NCBI GenBank assembly: GCA_964421745.1
Contig: CAYQYL010000002.1
Location: forward strand, 1 to 57,841
Direction of reading: 5' to 3'
DNA from: an uncultured Muribaculum sp.
Lineage (GTDB): Bacteria; Bacteroidota; Bacteroidia; Bacteroidales; Muribaculaceae
DNA length: 57,841 nt
Numbering within the stretch: the stretch's first letter is position 1; every line of letters begins with the position of its first letter. Made by a program: the position numbers and the translations under genes. This document shows, in pieces, positions 9,158 to 19,259 of this stretch. Under the pieces are notes generated by a model. The model ran no database searches. It worked only from the letters and a program-made list of their open reading frames with translations, and had not been told where the DNA came from.

Positions 9158-11938
9158 TCAGTGTGCTTCAAGCCAGTTCTGTCCGACACCCGAAGCAACT
9201 TCCATGGGAACCGTACCGGTATGAGCTTCAGTCATAAGTCGTGTGACTGTCCGCTGTACAACCGGCAGTTCTTCTGGAATGACATCAAACACAAGCTCGT
9301 CGTGGACCTGAATGATCATTTTTGACTTTAGTCCGAGGCGACCGAACTCCTTATGAATGCGCACCATGGCAAGTTTAATGATATCGGCGGCAGATCCTTG
9401 TATGGGTGCATTAACGGCATTGCGTTCGGCATAGCCACGCACTACAGCAGAGCGGGAGTTTATGTCGGGCAGCATCCGCTTGCGCCCCATAATAGTTGTC
9501 ACAAAACCCTTTTCGCGAGCGGTTGCTATTGCTCGCTCAATGTAATCCTGAATGTGAGGATAGGTGCGGAAATAGCCATCGATCAGTTCTTTCGCCTCAT
9601 AGCGTGGAATGTGGAGTCTTTGAGCCAAGCCAAAAGCCGAGATACCGTAGATGATGCCGAAGTTAGCTGTTTTTGCGCGGCGGCGCTGCTCGTCGGTCAC
9701 CTGGTCGAGTGGTTCATGATAAATTTTAGCTGCAGTCGACCGATGAATATCCGTGTCTGTCAGGAATGCTTCTGTCATTTCAGGGTCGCGGCTTATATCG
9801 GCAATCACACGCAGTTCAATTTGCGAATAGTCGGCGCTCAAAAGCAGATGTCCGGGATCAGCCACAAATGCGCGGCGTATCTCACGTCCGTCTTCCGTAC
9901 GCACCGGAATATTCTGCAGGTTGGGGTTTGCCGAGGAAAGCCGACCGGTAGCGGTCTGTATCTGGTTGAAAGTTGTATGTATTTTGCCGGTCAGCGGATT
10001 AACTAACTGTGGAAGCGCTTCCACATAGGTCGACAATAATTTTCGCAAACCGCGTATCTCCAGAATCAACCCAACCAATGGATGAACATCACGATATTTG
10101 TCGAGAACCTCTTCAGTTGTCGAGTAGCCACCCTTCTTCGTGCGTTTTGCTTTCGGGTCGAGAGCCAGATGCCCGAAGAGCACTTCGCCTACCTGCGAAG
10201 GTGAAGCGATGTTGAATTGCATTCCAGCCAGACGATAGGCTTCCTGCTCCATTGAATTCAGACGCGCTGCAAAATTACGCTGCAACTGAGCCAGAGCGTT
10301 CATGTCGATACGTACACCCTCCCACTCCATTGAAGCCAACACCGGAATTAGCGGCAGCTCTATGTCGGTCATCAAAGGAGAGAGCCCCTGCTTATCGACG
10401 GATTCTTTCAACAGCGGGTAAAGACGGAGCACCACATCGGCCGCTTCACAGTAGCGTAAGCACTCTTCGCCGGAAGGAACAGCTTCGCCACGTTTACGCA
10501 CACGATCGGTTTCGGCTGTAAAATCCATCGTATCGTAGGCAAGCATTGCTGCCGCCACTCGTGGCAGCGAGTGGTTCATTTCGGGTTCAAGCAGATAATG
10601 AGCCACAGAAGTGTCGTAGAACGGAGCATTGAATTCTATTCCTTCACGCCGCAAAAGTGTGATAAGCCGTTTCACATCGTGACTGACAACAATAGGGCCA
10701 TCCGGAGCGGCAAACAGCGGCGCCAGTTGCGACATTAGTTCCCGCTTCTCATCGGCAAATGCCGGAATAGGTAAATACTCGGCTTCCCCTTCAGCCACTG
10801 AAATTGCAAGGCCAATCCAGTTGGCTCTCATATCCTCTTCGCCCACGGCATAGACAGCCACAGACACTTGTGTCGATTTCAATGCACGCCCGACCGTGTC
10901 GCCGACGTCGGCCGATGCCAGGTAGTTGGCGGAGTCAGGATTATAGCGTAAATGTACTGCAACAGGTTCATCGGCAGCCGCGACAGCAGTGTCGGCCATA
11001 TCGAATAGCGAAGAGGCCACATACCCGTCAGATGGTGTGGCAACCTTGGGTTGTACTGCCTCGCCTACAGGCAAGCGCTTTACAAGCTGACGGAATTCAA
11101 GTGTATTAAAAATAGCGGCCAACTTCGTATAGTCAGGCTGACGAAGCACGAATTGATCCGGTTGCATATCGATTGGAGCATCGGTGCAGATCGTTGCCAA
11201 AAATTTGGAGAAACGAATCTGTTCCGCATTGTCGACAAGTTTTTTCTGCAACGCGCCTTTGATTTCAGCGGTGTGTTCCAACAGGTTTTCAACCGAGTGC
11301 CATTCCTTAATCAACTTAACGGCGGTTTTCTCGCCAACTCCGGGGCAACCGGGTATATTATCGACAGCATCGCCTTCAAGTGCAAGCAGATCAATCACCT
11401 GCAACGGCGTTTCAATACCGTATTTTTCACATACCTCCCGCGGACCACACACTTCGGGATCGGCTCCTTTTTTTGCCGGCTTGTACATGAACACATGGTC
11501 GGTAACAAGCTGGCCATAATCCTTGTCGGGGGTCATCATGTAAGTAGTGAATCCCTGGGCCTCGGCTCTTCGAGAGAGCGTACCGATTACATCGTCGGCT
11601 TCATAGCCGGGTGCTTCCACGATTTCAATTCCGTAAGCAGCAATAATGTCTTTTATATATGGAATAGAGAGAGTGATTGCTTCCGGCTGCTTGTCGCGCT
11701 GAGCCTTATAGTCGGGATAAGCCTCGTGGCGGAATGTCGGACCCTGCGGATCGAAACAGACTGCGATATGCGTGGGCTTTTGCGACTTCAATACCTCCTG
11801 AAGAGTATTAACAAAACCGTATATAGCCGATGTATTGAACCCATCCGAAGTGACGCGCGGAGCACTGATCAGAGCATAGTAAGCACGGTAGACAAGCGCA
11901 TAGGCATCCAGTAGAAACAGTTTTTTTTCTGTCTGCAT
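9158..11938 (-). CDS. polA: DNA polymerase I
   Basis: 5'-3' exonuclease (LFLLDAY, EADDVIG), TATGRLSS, motif A DYSQIELR, motif B RRAKTANFGIIYG, motif C QVHDE. Likely start MQTEKK. Confidence 0.98.
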   Translation of the reverse strand: MQTEKKLFLLDAYALVYRAYYALISAPRVTSDGFNTSAIYGFVNTLQEVLKSQKPTHIAVCFDPQGPTFRHEAYPDYKAQRDKQPEAITLSIPYIKDIIAAYGIEIVEAPGYEADDVIGTLSRRAEAQGFTTYMMTPDKDYGQLVTDHVFMYKPAKKGADPEVCGPREVCEKYGIETPLQVIDLLALEGDAVDNIPGCPGVGEKTAVKLIKEWHSVENLLEHTAEIKGALQKKLVDNAEQIRFSKFLATICTDAPIDMQPDQFVLRQPDYTKLAAIFNTLEFRQLVKRLPVGEAVQPKVATPSDGYVASSLFDMADTAVAAADEPVAVHLRYNPDSANYLASADVGDTVGRALKSTQVSVAVYAVGEEDMRANWIGLAISVAEGEAEYLPIPAFADEKRELMSQLAPLFAAPDGPIVVSHDVKRLITLLRREGIEFNAPFYDTSVAHYLLEPEMNHSLPRVAAAMLAYDTMDFTAETDRVRKRGEAVPSGEECLRYCEAADVVLRLYPLLKESVDKQGLSPLMTDIELPLIPVLASMEWEGVRIDMNALAQLQRNFAARLNSMEQEAYRLAGMQFNIASPSQVGEVLFGHLALDPKAKRTKKGGYSTTEEVLDKYRDVHPLVGLILEIRGLRKLLSTYVEALPQLVNPLTGKIHTTFNQIQTATGRLSSANPNLQNIPVRTEDGREIRRAFVADPGHLLLSADYSQIELRVIADISRDPEMTEAFLTDTDIHRSTAAKIYHEPLDQVTDEQRRRAKTANFGIIYGISAFGLAQRLHIPRYEAKELIDGYFRTYPHIQDYIERAIATAREKGFVTTIMGRKRMLPDINSRSAVVRGYAERNAVNAPIQGSAADIIKLAMVRIHKEFGRLGLKSKMIIQVHDELVFDVIPEELPVVQRTVTRLMTEAHTGTVPMEVASGVGQNWLEAH

Positions 11939-12065
11939 AAATGGTGGTTTAGAAGATATACCTGGCCGCACAAACAATATAACGGCACAATATTACAAGA
12001 AAAACACGATAAAAATAGATAAAAATTACAACTTTTACTAATTTTGCATCATCAAAATTCAACGC

Positions 12066-13040
12066 ATGACAGGTTTCGACGACATACGCCGCTCAATAGC
12101 TCCCGAGCTCGACGCTCTAAACGCCGAGATTCGCCGTGGGCTGCAGACGTCAAACCCGCTCATGAACGACATCGTAGAAACATATCTACGTACAAAGGGT
12201 AAACAGATACGTCCGATGCTTGTGCTGCTGAGTGCCAAGCTGCTCGGCAAAATCACAGAAGCAACAATATCAAGTGCAGCGTCGATCGAGATGCTCCACA
12301 ATGCATCGCTTATCCACGACGATGTGATTGATTTCACACTCAAACGCCGCAACGAGCCAACAGTGAATGCCGTATGGGACAATCATGTGGCTGTGCTTGT
12401 AGGCGACTATTTTGTGTCGTCGTCGCTTGAAATGGCAATGCACACAAACTCAATGGAGTGTATCAGCATAATTGCCCGTCTTGGACGCACTCTTTCGCTG
12501 GGCGAAATAGATCAGATTGACAAAGCCCGCAACCACCAGCTCTCCGAAGATGCATATTTCGCCATTATCGAGCAAAAGACTGCGTCGCTGTTTGTGGCTT
12601 GTGTCGAAATGGGAGCATCGACAACCGATGCTACTCCCGAAAACGTGGCACGACTACGCGAGGTTGCGCGTTTGCTTGGATTATGTTTCCAAGTTCGCGA
12701 CGACATTTTCGATTATTACGACAGCGACACAATCGGCAAGCCATCGGGCAACGATCTGCGCGAAGGAAAAATAACATTACCTTTGTTGTTTGCACTTAAC
12801 TGTACCGACCAACCCGAATGTGCACAGATGAACGCAATAGTCCGCAGTCAAGAATTGTCGGCCGACGACATTGCCCGACTGATTGCCTATGCCCGCAACG
12901 CAGGCGGTATCGACTATGCATACGAAAGAATGAACGAACTTCGCCGTCAGGCTGTCGAAATAATCGGCACATTCCCCGCATCGGAAACCCGCGACGCTTT
13001 CGTCCTGTTGTTCGATTACATTATCCGTCGCAATTTCTAA
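12066..13040 (+). CDS. ispB: Polyprenyl diphosphate synthase (IspB-like)
   Basis: GKQIRP, FARM HDDVID, SARM RDDIFD, DLREGK. Confidence 0.9.
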   Translation: MTGFDDIRRSIAPELDALNAEIRRGLQTSNPLMNDIVETYLRTKGKQIRPMLVLLSAKLLGKITEATISSAASIEMLHNASLIHDDVIDFTLKRRNEPTVNAVWDNHVAVLVGDYFVSSSLEMAMHTNSMECISIIARLGRTLSLGEIDQIDKARNHQLSEDAYFAIIEQKTASLFVACVEMGASTTDATPENVARLREVARLLGLCFQVRDDIFDYYDSDTIGKPSGNDLREGKITLPLLFALNCTDQPECAQMNAIVRSQELSADDIARLIAYARNAGGIDYAYERMNELRRQAVEIIGTFPASETRDAFVLLFDYIIRRNF

Positions 13041-13064
13041 ATTCACAATGAATATAATACAAGA

Positions 13065-13090
13065 AAGGAGAGGTCTCACGACTTCTCCTT
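13065..13090. terminator. Hairpin terminator after the polyprenyl synthase gene
   Basis: aaggagaggtc/gacttctcctt stem. Confidence 0.55.
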
Positions 13091-13224
13091 ACCTGTTTAA
13101 TAAACCAATCATTATCACATTTCTTGCAATGGAAAAAAGTAATTTGCCATTCACTATTATAAACATCCGTGTATAATAAAAGTTCAATGAACCGATACTT
13201 TTTTCTAATTGCTGCAAAATAATT

Positions 13225-13257
13225 GAAACCGCCGGAGTTTTGTTGTCCGGCGGTTTC
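13225..13257 (-). terminator. Terminator after GH92 (left PUL boundary)
   Basis: Perfect 12-bp stem gaaaccgccgga/tccggcggtttc. Confidence 0.75.
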
Positions 13258-13281
13258 TGTTGGTTATGAGGGATGCAAAGT

Positions 13282-15453
13282 TTATTCTGTAGTGATGGTG
13301 AGGGTTTTACCTTCTGCAAGGCGATCATGGCCAATGAAGTAACCCTCTACGGGTCGACCACCATAAGTGATTGATGTGATTTTACAACCATCGCCCTGTT
13401 TCTCGATATGGAACGGGCGACCACCGTTGAGCTTAAACGATACTCTGTCGAACAGCGGCACACTGATGATGTATTCCGGATCGGCGGGCGAAAGCGTATA
13501 CAAACCGATAGCATTCAGAGTATACCACGCCGACATTTCGCCGGCATCGTCCATTCCGGCGTAGGCCAGATGTTCGGGTCCCATATCATAGAAGCGTGTC
13601 ATGATACTGTCGAGCACCTGTTGCGATTTTTCCTGTTTACCAATGAAATAGTATGTATACGGAATATTATGACCCGGCTGATTGCCATGGCAATAGTTGC
13701 CTATGAAACCTGTCATATTGTGCACTTCGAGCCCACACCAAGGTTCGGTGAACAGAGAGTCAAGCTTACGGTCTACAGCCTCGTTAGAGGGATAAAGAGC
13801 AATCATTCCCTGCGGATCGTGGGGAGCGTAGAAAAGTGAATTCCAACCGTTAGCCTCACGATACATATGCTGGAAATAGGGCGCATACGGATCATATGGA
13901 GTTATCCAGTCGCCTCCTTCGACACGTCCACGCAGAAAACCGGTGGTCGGGTCGAATACATTACAATAGTTTTTAGATCGCTCCATGAGAATGTTATAAT
14001 TGGCAGTATCGCCAACTTCCTTCGCCATCTGTGCAACGGCATAGTCGTCGTAGGCATATTCGAGTGTTTTGGTGACACCTCCTTTGTGCTCTTCCCAGAA
14101 TGGGCAGTCAGGCTTGTCTACATCGGTTATATATCCGTTGGCAATGTATTCGTCGAGATAGCGCCGACCGCCTTCGCCCGGTTCCATGGCACTCTTAAGG
14201 GCAAGTTTGTAGGCACGATGCATATCGAAATTATCTATTCCTCGCTTGTAGCTGCCGATGACGAATGTTGGGGCATGGTCGCCATGGAAGTATGACGGGA
14301 TATAGCCACGACCTTTTTCGCCTCGTTCAATTGTGGAGCAGATTACGTCGCGGGCAACATCGGGCTGTACCATTCCAAGGAGTATCAGTTGATTGCGGTG
14401 AACATCCCAGAATGCGGGATTGGCGTAATAACGATAGTCGGAATCACTGACTATTTCGCCACGTTCGTCGCGATACTGACCGTTTGCGTCGCTGAGCAGC
14501 CTGGGCATCAGGGATGCACGGTAAAGAGTGGTGTAGAAAATGTCGCGCTCACGCTCTTGTCCCCCTTCTACCTGGATTGTTGAAAGGAGATTCTGCCACG
14601 TACTGTCGGCTTCTTCCTGGATCTGAGCAAAAGTTTTATCCTGAATTTCCTTTTCCATATTCTCGCGCGCATTGTCGATGCTGACATAGGATACTCCGAC
14701 TTTTACTTCAAGCGGTTCGGAACCTTTGTTATCGACAAAATCTACAATAGCTACCGGCACACCCCGTTCTTTTTCGCTTTGAACAATGGCGACTGAATCG
14801 ATAGGCAAATTCGTTTGCGCATAATAATAGAAACCCCTGCCCTGCTCTCCGGCGAATGCGTTGTCGCTAACTTTTTCAATCGACCAGTTACGCACCGGAT
14901 GCTGATTATGTGCCACATTGACCAGCAAACGTTTAGCGGCGTCGTTACCGAAAGTGTAACGGTGATATCCGGCGCGAAGAGTAGATGTGAGTTCGGTATT
15001 AACTCCATATCGGTCGAGAAACACCTGATAGTAGCCGGGACGAGCCGATTCGTTAGCGTGGCTATAGGCAGATGCGTAATCGTCGGCCGTCACTATGCCG
15101 GTGACGGGGAGCATCGGAAGATCGATATAATTCCAGTGCCCCATAGCCGTGTGTGCAAAACCGAGAATTGTAGTGTCCTCATATTGATAACCCGCACCGG
15201 AGCGCCACATTGTGACCGGTGTCAGCTGCACCATAGCGTTTGGAAGTGTCGCTCCCGGAAAGACTTCTGCACCCCAGGTGCGCTGCTCCATATGGCGTTC
15301 ATAGCCGAGATCGGCCGGATCCCAAAGAGTTGCAGTTCCCAGCAATGGGTTAACATAGTCGGTAAGGTGTTCGGCATTTGCCTTTTCGCCACACGACGAC
15401 AGTGCTATTGTCGAGGCTAAACCGAGAAAAAATAGATTTCTTATCTTATTCAT
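13282..15453 (-). CDS. GH92 alpha-mannosidase, lipoprotein
   Basis: Lipobox LSSC, YVNPLLGT, FPGATLP, TLEYAYDD, YREAN, HGNQP, GMDDAGEMSAW. Confidence 0.93.
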   Translation of the reverse strand: MNKIRNLFFLGLASTIALSSCGEKANAEHLTDYVNPLLGTATLWDPADLGYERHMEQRTWGAEVFPGATLPNAMVQLTPVTMWRSGAGYQYEDTTILGFAHTAMGHWNYIDLPMLPVTGIVTADDYASAYSHANESARPGYYQVFLDRYGVNTELTSTLRAGYHRYTFGNDAAKRLLVNVAHNQHPVRNWSIEKVSDNAFAGEQGRGFYYYAQTNLPIDSVAIVQSEKERGVPVAIVDFVDNKGSEPLEVKVGVSYVSIDNARENMEKEIQDKTFAQIQEEADSTWQNLLSTIQVEGGQERERDIFYTTLYRASLMPRLLSDANGQYRDERGEIVSDSDYRYYANPAFWDVHRNQLILLGMVQPDVARDVICSTIERGEKGRGYIPSYFHGDHAPTFVIGSYKRGIDNFDMHRAYKLALKSAMEPGEGGRRYLDEYIANGYITDVDKPDCPFWEEHKGGVTKTLEYAYDDYAVAQMAKEVGDTANYNILMERSKNYCNVFDPTTGFLRGRVEGGDWITPYDPYAPYFQHMYREANGWNSLFYAPHDPQGMIALYPSNEAVDRKLDSLFTEPWCGLEVHNMTGFIGNYCHGNQPGHNIPYTYYFIGKQEKSQQVLDSIMTRFYDMGPEHLAYAGMDDAGEMSAWYTLNAIGLYTLSPADPEYIISVPLFDRVSFKLNGGRPFHIEKQGDGCKITSITYGGRPVEGYFIGHDRLAEGKTLTITTE

Positions 15454-15468
15454 TTCGATTGTTTTTAA

Positions 15469-18400
15469 TTATTCAAAAACTTCGAGTTCATATATTCTTG
15501 TGTCACGACCTGTTGGATCCTGAGTCGGAGCCGTCACCATGAGTCGGAGATAGCGTGCTGCCTGCGGCTCGTTAAATAGGCGTTTAACCACGTTCTGGCG
15601 GTTTCCGCCGAACATATCGATCCGGCGCCACTCTTCAGTGGGACTATTGCGTCCTAGAAGGAAGCATGTCGATGTGACATAGGCCGGATTTTCGTTGGCC
15701 GCGTTAACAACGCGCCAGCCCTTGAGTTGCTTTTCTACTCCGAGATCAAAATCGACCGTCGAGGGGAGTCCGGCAATGTCGCACCACTTGGTGTTTTCAT
15801 CGCCGTCGACGAGAAATTCGGGGCGCTCGCTCTCGACCACATAGTCGGACCACGCTGTGATCATGGCCGGTGTCAGCACATTCTTCAATGGGCTGACTGC
15901 CTCAGCATTAGCTGTAGCATGATGACGGTTGGCTGTCCGGAACAATTTGACTGCCGGAACAACAGCCGGAGCATCGCCTTCAGAAACCGTTGCCGCAAAC
16001 AGAACGATATCACTGTTGTCAGGCAGTATGACCGATGTTGCCCCTTGCGGCACATCGAGGGAGTAGTGGTACATGTAGGTGTACTCATAGGGTTCGTCGT
16101 TGTCTGCAGAATGGCGGTGAGTTCCGGTGAAAGCCACTCGTTGCTCTTTCAAATAGCCCTCTGTATGACCTGTGTGTCCCCATTGTCCGATAAAACCTGT
16201 ATAAGAAGGCACAGTTACTGTCGATGTCTTTCCGCCGATATTAAATTTGGCTTCCATGTCAGCGTCGTCAGTAGCGGCAGCAGCAAGAATGTGGAGTTTG
16301 TTCCATGTGCCGACAGGCAACAGCAATGTATCACCCTTGCAGGCCAAGGCATTCTTTTCTGATTTCGGATAAAGTGTAAAGCTTATTCCTCCTGAAACAA
16401 GCTGTTCGGGAACAATTTCGGCAGCATAGGTGTATCCGCCCGAAAAATCTCCGTTATGGCGGAACTCGTTCCAGGTCATTGCTTTCTTATTCATTGGCAG
16501 CGCAACCGTATGCATACGCGCCATTGTTGGTTTGGGTTCATTGAATCTCACGCGATAAGTAGCAATTCCGTTGGCTTTAAGATTGACAGGCAATGTATTG
16601 CCTGAAAAAGCTGTTGAAGCAAGAGCCTTTTCAGTTCCGTCAGCTTCGTAAGCCGATTCAAGGCCATGGGCAAACAGGATATTGGCCTTGGTTGGCTTGC
16701 CGGCGGTTTCATAGACACGCACAACATATCCGTTGCCGTCTTCTGCACCTTTGAGAGCCTTAATCACAACATTCGGAGCATCAGTGTGGGCAAACGACAA
16801 ACATCTGGATTCACCTTTGTGCTTTGTAGCTACAAATGCCTTCACAGGTTGATTCAGTTTCTCACCTTCTATTGCGGCAGCAGCGCGGTCGAGCTTGCCA
16901 TTGTGGCCGATTATGGAATATGTGAACCTGTGATGACCTAAATCCTGTCGATCGTGATAAGAATAGTTCTTGCGTGTCTTGGGTGTATGAAGCAGAGTCA
17001 GGCGCAATGTATTATTGTCGGGTTTGTCCCAGCCATATTTCGAGTTGTTGAGCACTGTCACGCCATAGTTTCCCGAAGCATCGGTAAGATCTGCCCACTG
17101 CTGTGCAGGCACTTCATAGGCGGTTAGCGTGTTGTTTCCTCTCTGAGCCACACCTATGCCCAGGTCGTAGGTCGCATTCTGGTTTGATGCTGTCAGCGGG
17201 AATTCCGCTTTTACAAGCGCATTAGCTGTAGCCCAATCGATTTCGTTATCAAAATCTATACGGGGAGCAAGTTCCCCTTCATACAGCCTGATGTATTGGG
17301 TGAATTCCGAGTCGCCATATTTCTTTGATACCTTAACCGTTTTTCTCACAGAACCGTCCTCAACGAGAGTCACGCGGGCGCCATCGGTAATCGACACAGG
17401 CTCGGCATCGATTGTCTTTTTCATGATTTCCCATGCCGGCCAGGAGTATGACGGGTTGTCGGCAAACAGAGCCAGGCGAATGCTTCGGCCGTTTTTCACC
17501 AATTCCCGATTGGAACGCTTGTCGATTATGGATGTTATGTCACCATTGCCGTCGAAAGTCAGGCGATAAACACTGTTTTCAACCGTTGCGGTCGGTTTTT
17601 CGGTGTGCAAAGCGCCTCTACCACTTAGCGCAACGTCGTAAACTGCGTAGCCCACAGGCGGAACAGTAGCCGAAACCAGCAGTGTAGCGTTACTTCCATC
17701 GAAACCTGTGATCTGGGCAGGAACAGTCTGACCAAGATGATTCTTAACTGCGGCTTTTGCAGGTAGGAATTTTGCCGGAACGGAAATCTCTACCAAGTCG
17801 CTCACTTCGTAGCCAAGCGGATTATAGAGAATCACGGGAACACCCTTTACATTCGTATTCATTGTGGCTGCAACATTGGCAGTCGCATCGGTGAGTAGCC
17901 CGGCGAACTGTTTCAGGGAAAGCAGTTCGTCGTTCCAAGAAAATTCGTAAGCACGCGGAATACTGGTTCCGGTGAGGTCGTCGTGGAACTGATGCCAGAT
18001 GAACCTGCGCCAGCTTTCAGTGAACGACTGCGACGGATATGGAACGCCGGCAAGCATTGTAGCAATAACGGCCGCACGTTCGGCCGCATCGCCGAGCTGT
18101 TCATTCTGGCGGTTATAAAGTTTCATTGCGGCCTGAGAAGTGTAGCATCCAGTGCCATGTACGTCCATGAGCAGTTCGCCGTCGAATACGGGCAGTTCCG
18201 GATGCGATTCGTAGGGCAGGAAATCCTTAAACATACGATCGCTGGCCGAGCTTTTTATCACCAGCGGGCCGGCACCGTTAACTCCCTTCACTACTGATTC
18301 AACCGAACCGATCGTGGGCGAACCTCCTATATCTCCCGTCCCATAATAGCGATATACAATATTTAGCGGAGAGCGGTCCGACAAACTTAGCAGTGTCGAA

Positions 18401-19059
18401 TCGGATGAAAGATCTATATTGGGCCATCGTTTTCCATAGCTGTAACCATGGGCAAGCATTATGCGTTCACCGTCAACGCCCTGCCACAATCCAACAGTAA
18501 AGGGATGTTTGTTTTCCCCATAGAACGGATTGATGCGCCAGTCGAGTTTTTGCGAAGAAAAGCCAATTAAACCGCAGTGTGAAGCTATCGTAGGAAGAGT
18601 CCAGCCGAACCCGAAGCAGTCGGGCAGGAATATGTCCGTACTTTCGACGCCGAATTCGTTGCGGTAGAAATTCTGACCCAACATGATGTTGCGTATCTGA
18701 GATTCAACCGAAGGCACATTCACATCGTTTGCATCCCAGCTGGCTCCGCTGATGTGCCAACGCCCGTCGGCGATATATTTTTTCATCAATTCATATTCGC
18801 GCGGATAATATTCTTTCATCCACGAGTATTTTACTCCACCTTCGAAGTTAAAAATATAGTCGGGATATTGACTGAGGAGAAATAGATTTTGGTTGATTGT
18901 GTTCCACAAATAACTGCGTATGGTTTTCTGCACATCCCAGTTCCATTGTGTATCCAGGTGTGCATCAGCCACCGCATATACCACAGGTCTTTCGCCCGGA
19001 TTGCTCCATGCCGAAAGCAGCGACAGCGACAAAATCGTTGAAAGAATATGTTTCTTCAT
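15469..19059 (-). CDS. GH38 alpha-mannosidase with C-terminal F5/8 type C (CBM32-like) module
   Basis: AHLDTQW (Zn HxD), LPDCFG nucleophile, QFHDDLTG, C-terminal LVDGDENTKW...YELEVF. Likely start MKKHIL. Confidence 0.93.
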   Translation of the reverse strand: MKKHILSTILSLSLLSAWSNPGERPVVYAVADAHLDTQWNWDVQKTIRSYLWNTINQNLFLLSQYPDYIFNFEGGVKYSWMKEYYPREYELMKKYIADGRWHISGASWDANDVNVPSVESQIRNIMLGQNFYRNEFGVESTDIFLPDCFGFGWTLPTIASHCGLIGFSSQKLDWRINPFYGENKHPFTVGLWQGVDGERIMLAHGYSYGKRWPNIDLSSDSTLLSLSDRSPLNIVYRYYGTGDIGGSPTIGSVESVVKGVNGAGPLVIKSSASDRMFKDFLPYESHPELPVFDGELLMDVHGTGCYTSQAAMKLYNRQNEQLGDAAERAAVIATMLAGVPYPSQSFTESWRRFIWHQFHDDLTGTSIPRAYEFSWNDELLSLKQFAGLLTDATANVAATMNTNVKGVPVILYNPLGYEVSDLVEISVPAKFLPAKAAVKNHLGQTVPAQITGFDGSNATLLVSATVPPVGYAVYDVALSGRGALHTEKPTATVENSVYRLTFDGNGDITSIIDKRSNRELVKNGRSIRLALFADNPSYSWPAWEIMKKTIDAEPVSITDGARVTLVEDGSVRKTVKVSKKYGDSEFTQYIRLYEGELAPRIDFDNEIDWATANALVKAEFPLTASNQNATYDLGIGVAQRGNNTLTAYEVPAQQWADLTDASGNYGVTVLNNSKYGWDKPDNNTLRLTLLHTPKTRKNYSYHDRQDLGHHRFTYSIIGHNGKLDRAAAAIEGEKLNQPVKAFVATKHKGESRCLSFAHTDAPNVVIKALKGAEDGNGYVVRVYETAGKPTKANILFAHGLESAYEADGTEKALASTAFSGNTLPVNLKANGIATYRVRFNEPKPTMARMHTVALPMNKKAMTWNEFRHNGDFSGGYTYAAEIVPEQLVSGGISFTLYPKSEKNALACKGDTLLLPVGTWNKLHILAAAATDDADMEAKFNIGGKTSTVTVPSYTGFIGQWGHTGHTEGYLKEQRVAFTGTHRHSADNDEPYEYTYMYHYSLDVPQGATSVILPDNSDIVLFAATVSEGDAPAVVPAVKLFRTANRHHATANAEAVSPLKNVLTPAMITAWSDYVVESERPEFLVDGDENTKWCDIAGLPSTVDFDLGVEKQLKGWRVVNAANENPAYVTSTCFLLGRNSPTEEWRRIDMFGGNRQNVVKRLFNEPQAARYLRLMVTAPTQDPTGRDTRIYELEVFE

Positions 19060-19125
19060 TTCTCTTTGTTTATACAGATTTGAGGTTAATTCCAATCACA
19101 TCGGCCTTAGGCCTGTTTTCACCCA

Positions 19126-19180
19126 TAAAATTACTGTACATCAGAGTTTGCAGATGTGCCAGATTCTGCCAAAAGTGTTG
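19126..19180 (-). promoter_or_regulatory. GH38-GH92 promoter with candidate HTCS box
   Basis: -7-like TAATTTTA (19126-33) and tgtgccagattctgccaaaagtgt (19155-78), 41-bp offset. Confidence 0.6.
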
Positions 19181-19202
19181 CATACGCCTGTGTGCATGAT
19201 GC

Positions 19203-19243
19203 AAAAAGGTCCGGCGAGTGGAATAATCCCCCGCCGGGCCTTT
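19203..19243 (-). terminator. Terminator after ROK kinase
   Basis: aaaggtccggcg/cgccgggccttt stem with T-run on the minus strand. Confidence 0.75.
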
Positions 19244-19259
19244 ATATGGTCAGCCTCTC

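Noticed and set aside
13089-13220. Small ORF or sRNA between the two terminators after ispB
   Set aside because: Only an imperfect -7 box and no convincing coding or structural signal.
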